64,000 nt of DNA, from the NCBI RefSeq assembly GCF_006345805.1, contig NC_043005.1, forward strand, positions 87,296,001 through 87,360,000. The letters run 5' to 3'. Within the stretch, counting starts at the first letter, position 1. Each line of letters starts with the position of its first letter. Shown here piece by piece: positions 62,571 through 64,000 of the stretch. This DNA comes from Octopus sinensis. Lineage: Eukaryota. Both the position numbers and the translations under genes were made by a program. A model generated the notes under the pieces. The model was not told where the DNA came from. It saw nothing but the letters and a program-made list of their open reading frames with translations, and ran no database searches.

Positions 62571-64000
62571 TCATTCTGATCAGAGCAGTTTTGGGCTCTA
62601 AACAAGACCAACATCTTTATTGCTGTGGCCATTGTACAATATATAATCTTTTCGTCTCCGATCGCCACCACAACAGCCATAGAAATGAGAGTTGTAACAT
62701 AAAAATAAGCTATTTGCACTGCAGCCAGTGTGTGTATGTGCATGTGTGGGGACGTTGGCAGCTTCTTTCTGAAGTTTCTAACATGGCGTTGTATGTGTTT
62801 CGATGGGAAGTATTGGCAATCCGCCATTTCGTCTCTCGTTAAGGTAACTGTCAATATCGAAGGCGGTGATGTTGACTCTAATAATGTTGTTTATATTGAT
62901 CATAATGTTGCTGAAAGTCATGATGAAAATGATTGCTATGGTCACTGTAACGATGATGATCATGAATATAAGGTAATGTAACCGTTGCTGACTTTTTCTA
63001 TTTCTAGTGAGCATGCGTAGGATGTGTCTTTATAAAGATCATTGGTTTCTATCATGAGTTTGCCAAGAGAAACTTATCAAGAATATTATTCTACAAAACT
63101 CAAGATTTTGCTTCGTATTGCTTACCTTCGAATGTACTATTTATGTCTCAAGTGACAGCTGCCTAAAGACAAGTTTGTCGAATGATATTGCTTAAACAAC
63201 GATATTTATCCACGACTAAGTTGTACGTGTATTTCAAAGTCAGAACGACTCTGACGTTACTTTGTTTCAAAGGAAAACTTGGAAAATTGATAAGAAGTCG
63301 AGAAATCTCATAAGGCCTCATATGTGTACTGGCTTTTAACAGTTCTTCCAGTTTATGGCATTTACATAAAATTAATTACATTTACCTTGATTAGAAAATG
63401 GTAAGTAGAGTTATTAGGAATATATTGTGTTGCTGCGGAGAAATAATGTCGTTAATTACGTCACTATAAGGAATGGCTACTGATGGAATGCTTAAGTGAT
63501 CTGCTTCAAATGTTACCGCAATTTTAATTAATGATTTCAAACTCTGAACAAGCCACTACTACGCTACCTTTAGGCTAGGTAGATAATCAGGTTGTATTAG
63601 TAGATGTGAGTAAGATATATGTCTAACTGTAGACCATAATTTCATTCAAGCTCTTAACAACCTAACTTCAGACGATGTAAACGATATTCTACGAAACGCT
63701 TGTTCCAAAAATTACTATACACACTTTGAAATTCAATTATTTAATTCAAGTTAACTTGAAATAAATACATTTCCAGAGGAAATAAATGATGACTTGGAAT
63801 GTTCTATGTTGATATAGAAGAGTTCTTGGAAAACTAAAGGTGTCACGCATGGCCCACTCCCCTAATAACCTGCATCGTGCCGCTTCAGCTTATTCAAACA
63901 TTACTATCTTTCAATATTATCTTTAAATAATAACTACGGATTGAATAACACACAGATCACTCACAGACACCTAACATTGGTCCATAGATGTGCTGGCTTA

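Overview
AT-rich, microsatellite-saturated animal genomic DNA; the repeat content looks like octopus/coleoid cephalopod (inferred from recognising repeats, not from a database search). No host protein-coding exon, rRNA or intact tRNA could be supported, and most ORFs in the track are microsatellite translations. The window is a mosaic of decayed mobile elements: CR1, RTE, R4/Dong-like and Tx1/L1-like non-LTR retrotransposons, Tc1/mariner derivatives, three tRNA-derived SINE families, Penelope-like GIY-YIG remnants, foldback elements and a 100-N gap. Two systems stand out. (1) About 14 type I hammerhead-ribozyme motifs from several sequence families, one or two apparently intact, often inside inverted-repeat or strand-skewed non-coding elements. 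(2) A Tx1-like LINE and a SINE subfamily that share a 3' tail and repeatedly end at the same nucleotide inside the SINE's own tRNA-derived head, building head-to-tail arrays. All alignments and folds were done by eye, so element boundaries are approximate.
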